Of a DNA stretch of 64,000 nucleotides, positions 63,683 to 64,000 are shown in pieces. The notes beneath the pieces are model-generated. The model saw only the letters and a list, made by a program, of their open reading frames with translations, was not told the origin of the DNA and made no database searches. How positions within the stretch are numbered: position 1 is the first letter of the stretch; every line of letters begins with the position of its first letter. The translations under genes and the position numbers were made by a program. Where the stretch lies: positions 16,046 to 80,045 of IMG/VR virus record IMGVR_UViG_3300024054_000015. One strand, 5' to 3'. The stretch is from a virus.

Positions 63683-64000
63683 TGGCAATCTCACTCTTAC
63701 AGCACGGCGGCGTGGCAGCGATCGGGTACGACTCCGCGACCAACGAGCGCGGTTTCCTGTTGAAGATGCTCAACAAGACCGGCGTATCGTCGGTCAAAGG
63801 GGAACTGGTTGCGCAGCACTCGTCCAACAACCGTGAAGTAACTCTGCAAACCGGCGAATACGATACAATCGGTATCGTCCAGGAAGCAGGAGTTGCTGAA
63901 GGTTCCGAAATGTGGGTTTGGCAGATCGGCAGCGTGTGCCAAGCGCTGCTCAAGAACACCGTGTCCGCGTCTCGTGCTAATTTGGCGATTGCGGCTGACA
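63682..64000 (+). CDS. 3'-truncated virion protein (cement/fibre-associated-like)
   Basis: ATG overlaps the upstream TAA; LNKTGVSSVKGELV..IGIVQEAGVAEG; open to window end. Confidence 0.55.
   Translation, partial: MAISLLQHGGVAAIGYDSATNERGFLLKMLNKTGVSSVKGELVAQHSSNNREVTLQTGEYDTIGIVQEAGVAEGSEMWVWQIGSVCQALLKNTVSASRANLAIAAD

Noticed and set aside
1-64000. Integrase, transposase, reverse transcriptase/DGR, introns or inteins
   Set aside because: None recognised; polA, terL and the helicases appear uninterrupted and the two HNH genes are free-standing

Overview
The window is a 64-kb stretch of a Caudoviricetes-type dsDNA phage genome. The host is most likely a planctomycete: the phage carries a protein with a Planctomycetes-type 'LExRxLL' export motif, other planctomycete-style secreted proteins, and CsrA. 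Layout: (1) 1-3.8 kb, glycosyltransferase/methyltransferase/B12-radical-SAM cluster (+); (2) 4-17.7 kb, leftward early region (CsrA, ATP-dependent ligase, SF1 helicase, PcfJ-like, winged-helix proteins, many small ORFs); (3) 18-39 kb, rightward replication/recombination region (HNH, RuvC-like, two UDG-like, PD-(D/E)xK exonuclease, AAA ATPase, PolA, primase, helicase) with a thymidine-hypermodification cluster (dUMP hydroxymethylase-type TS, aGPT-Pplase1-like helical protein, GT-A glycosyltransferase, radical SAM/SPASM, MazG-like); (4) 39-58 kb, packaging/head module; (5) 58-64 kb, putative lysis genes and a fibre. Two systems stand out. A) The dinucleotide GA/TC is completely absent from a 639-nt island (15403-16041) holding a sigma54-type promoter, an Asp/Glu-free winged-helix gene and its terminator. 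It is also absent or nearly absent from several promoters and from two equally spaced ~100-bp inverted-repeat elements. This suggests a context-specific DNA hypermodification that host-read sites must avoid. B) An apparent capsid-cargo addressing system: five genes share an N-terminal 'INPFTGQVLN' leader resembling repeats in the portal tail, other genes share a scaffold-like leader, and the DUF2213 prohead protease sits in a 1161-aa polyprotein whose modules are separated by hydrophobic-X-Asn sites. All family assignments come from motif recognition by eye, not database searches.
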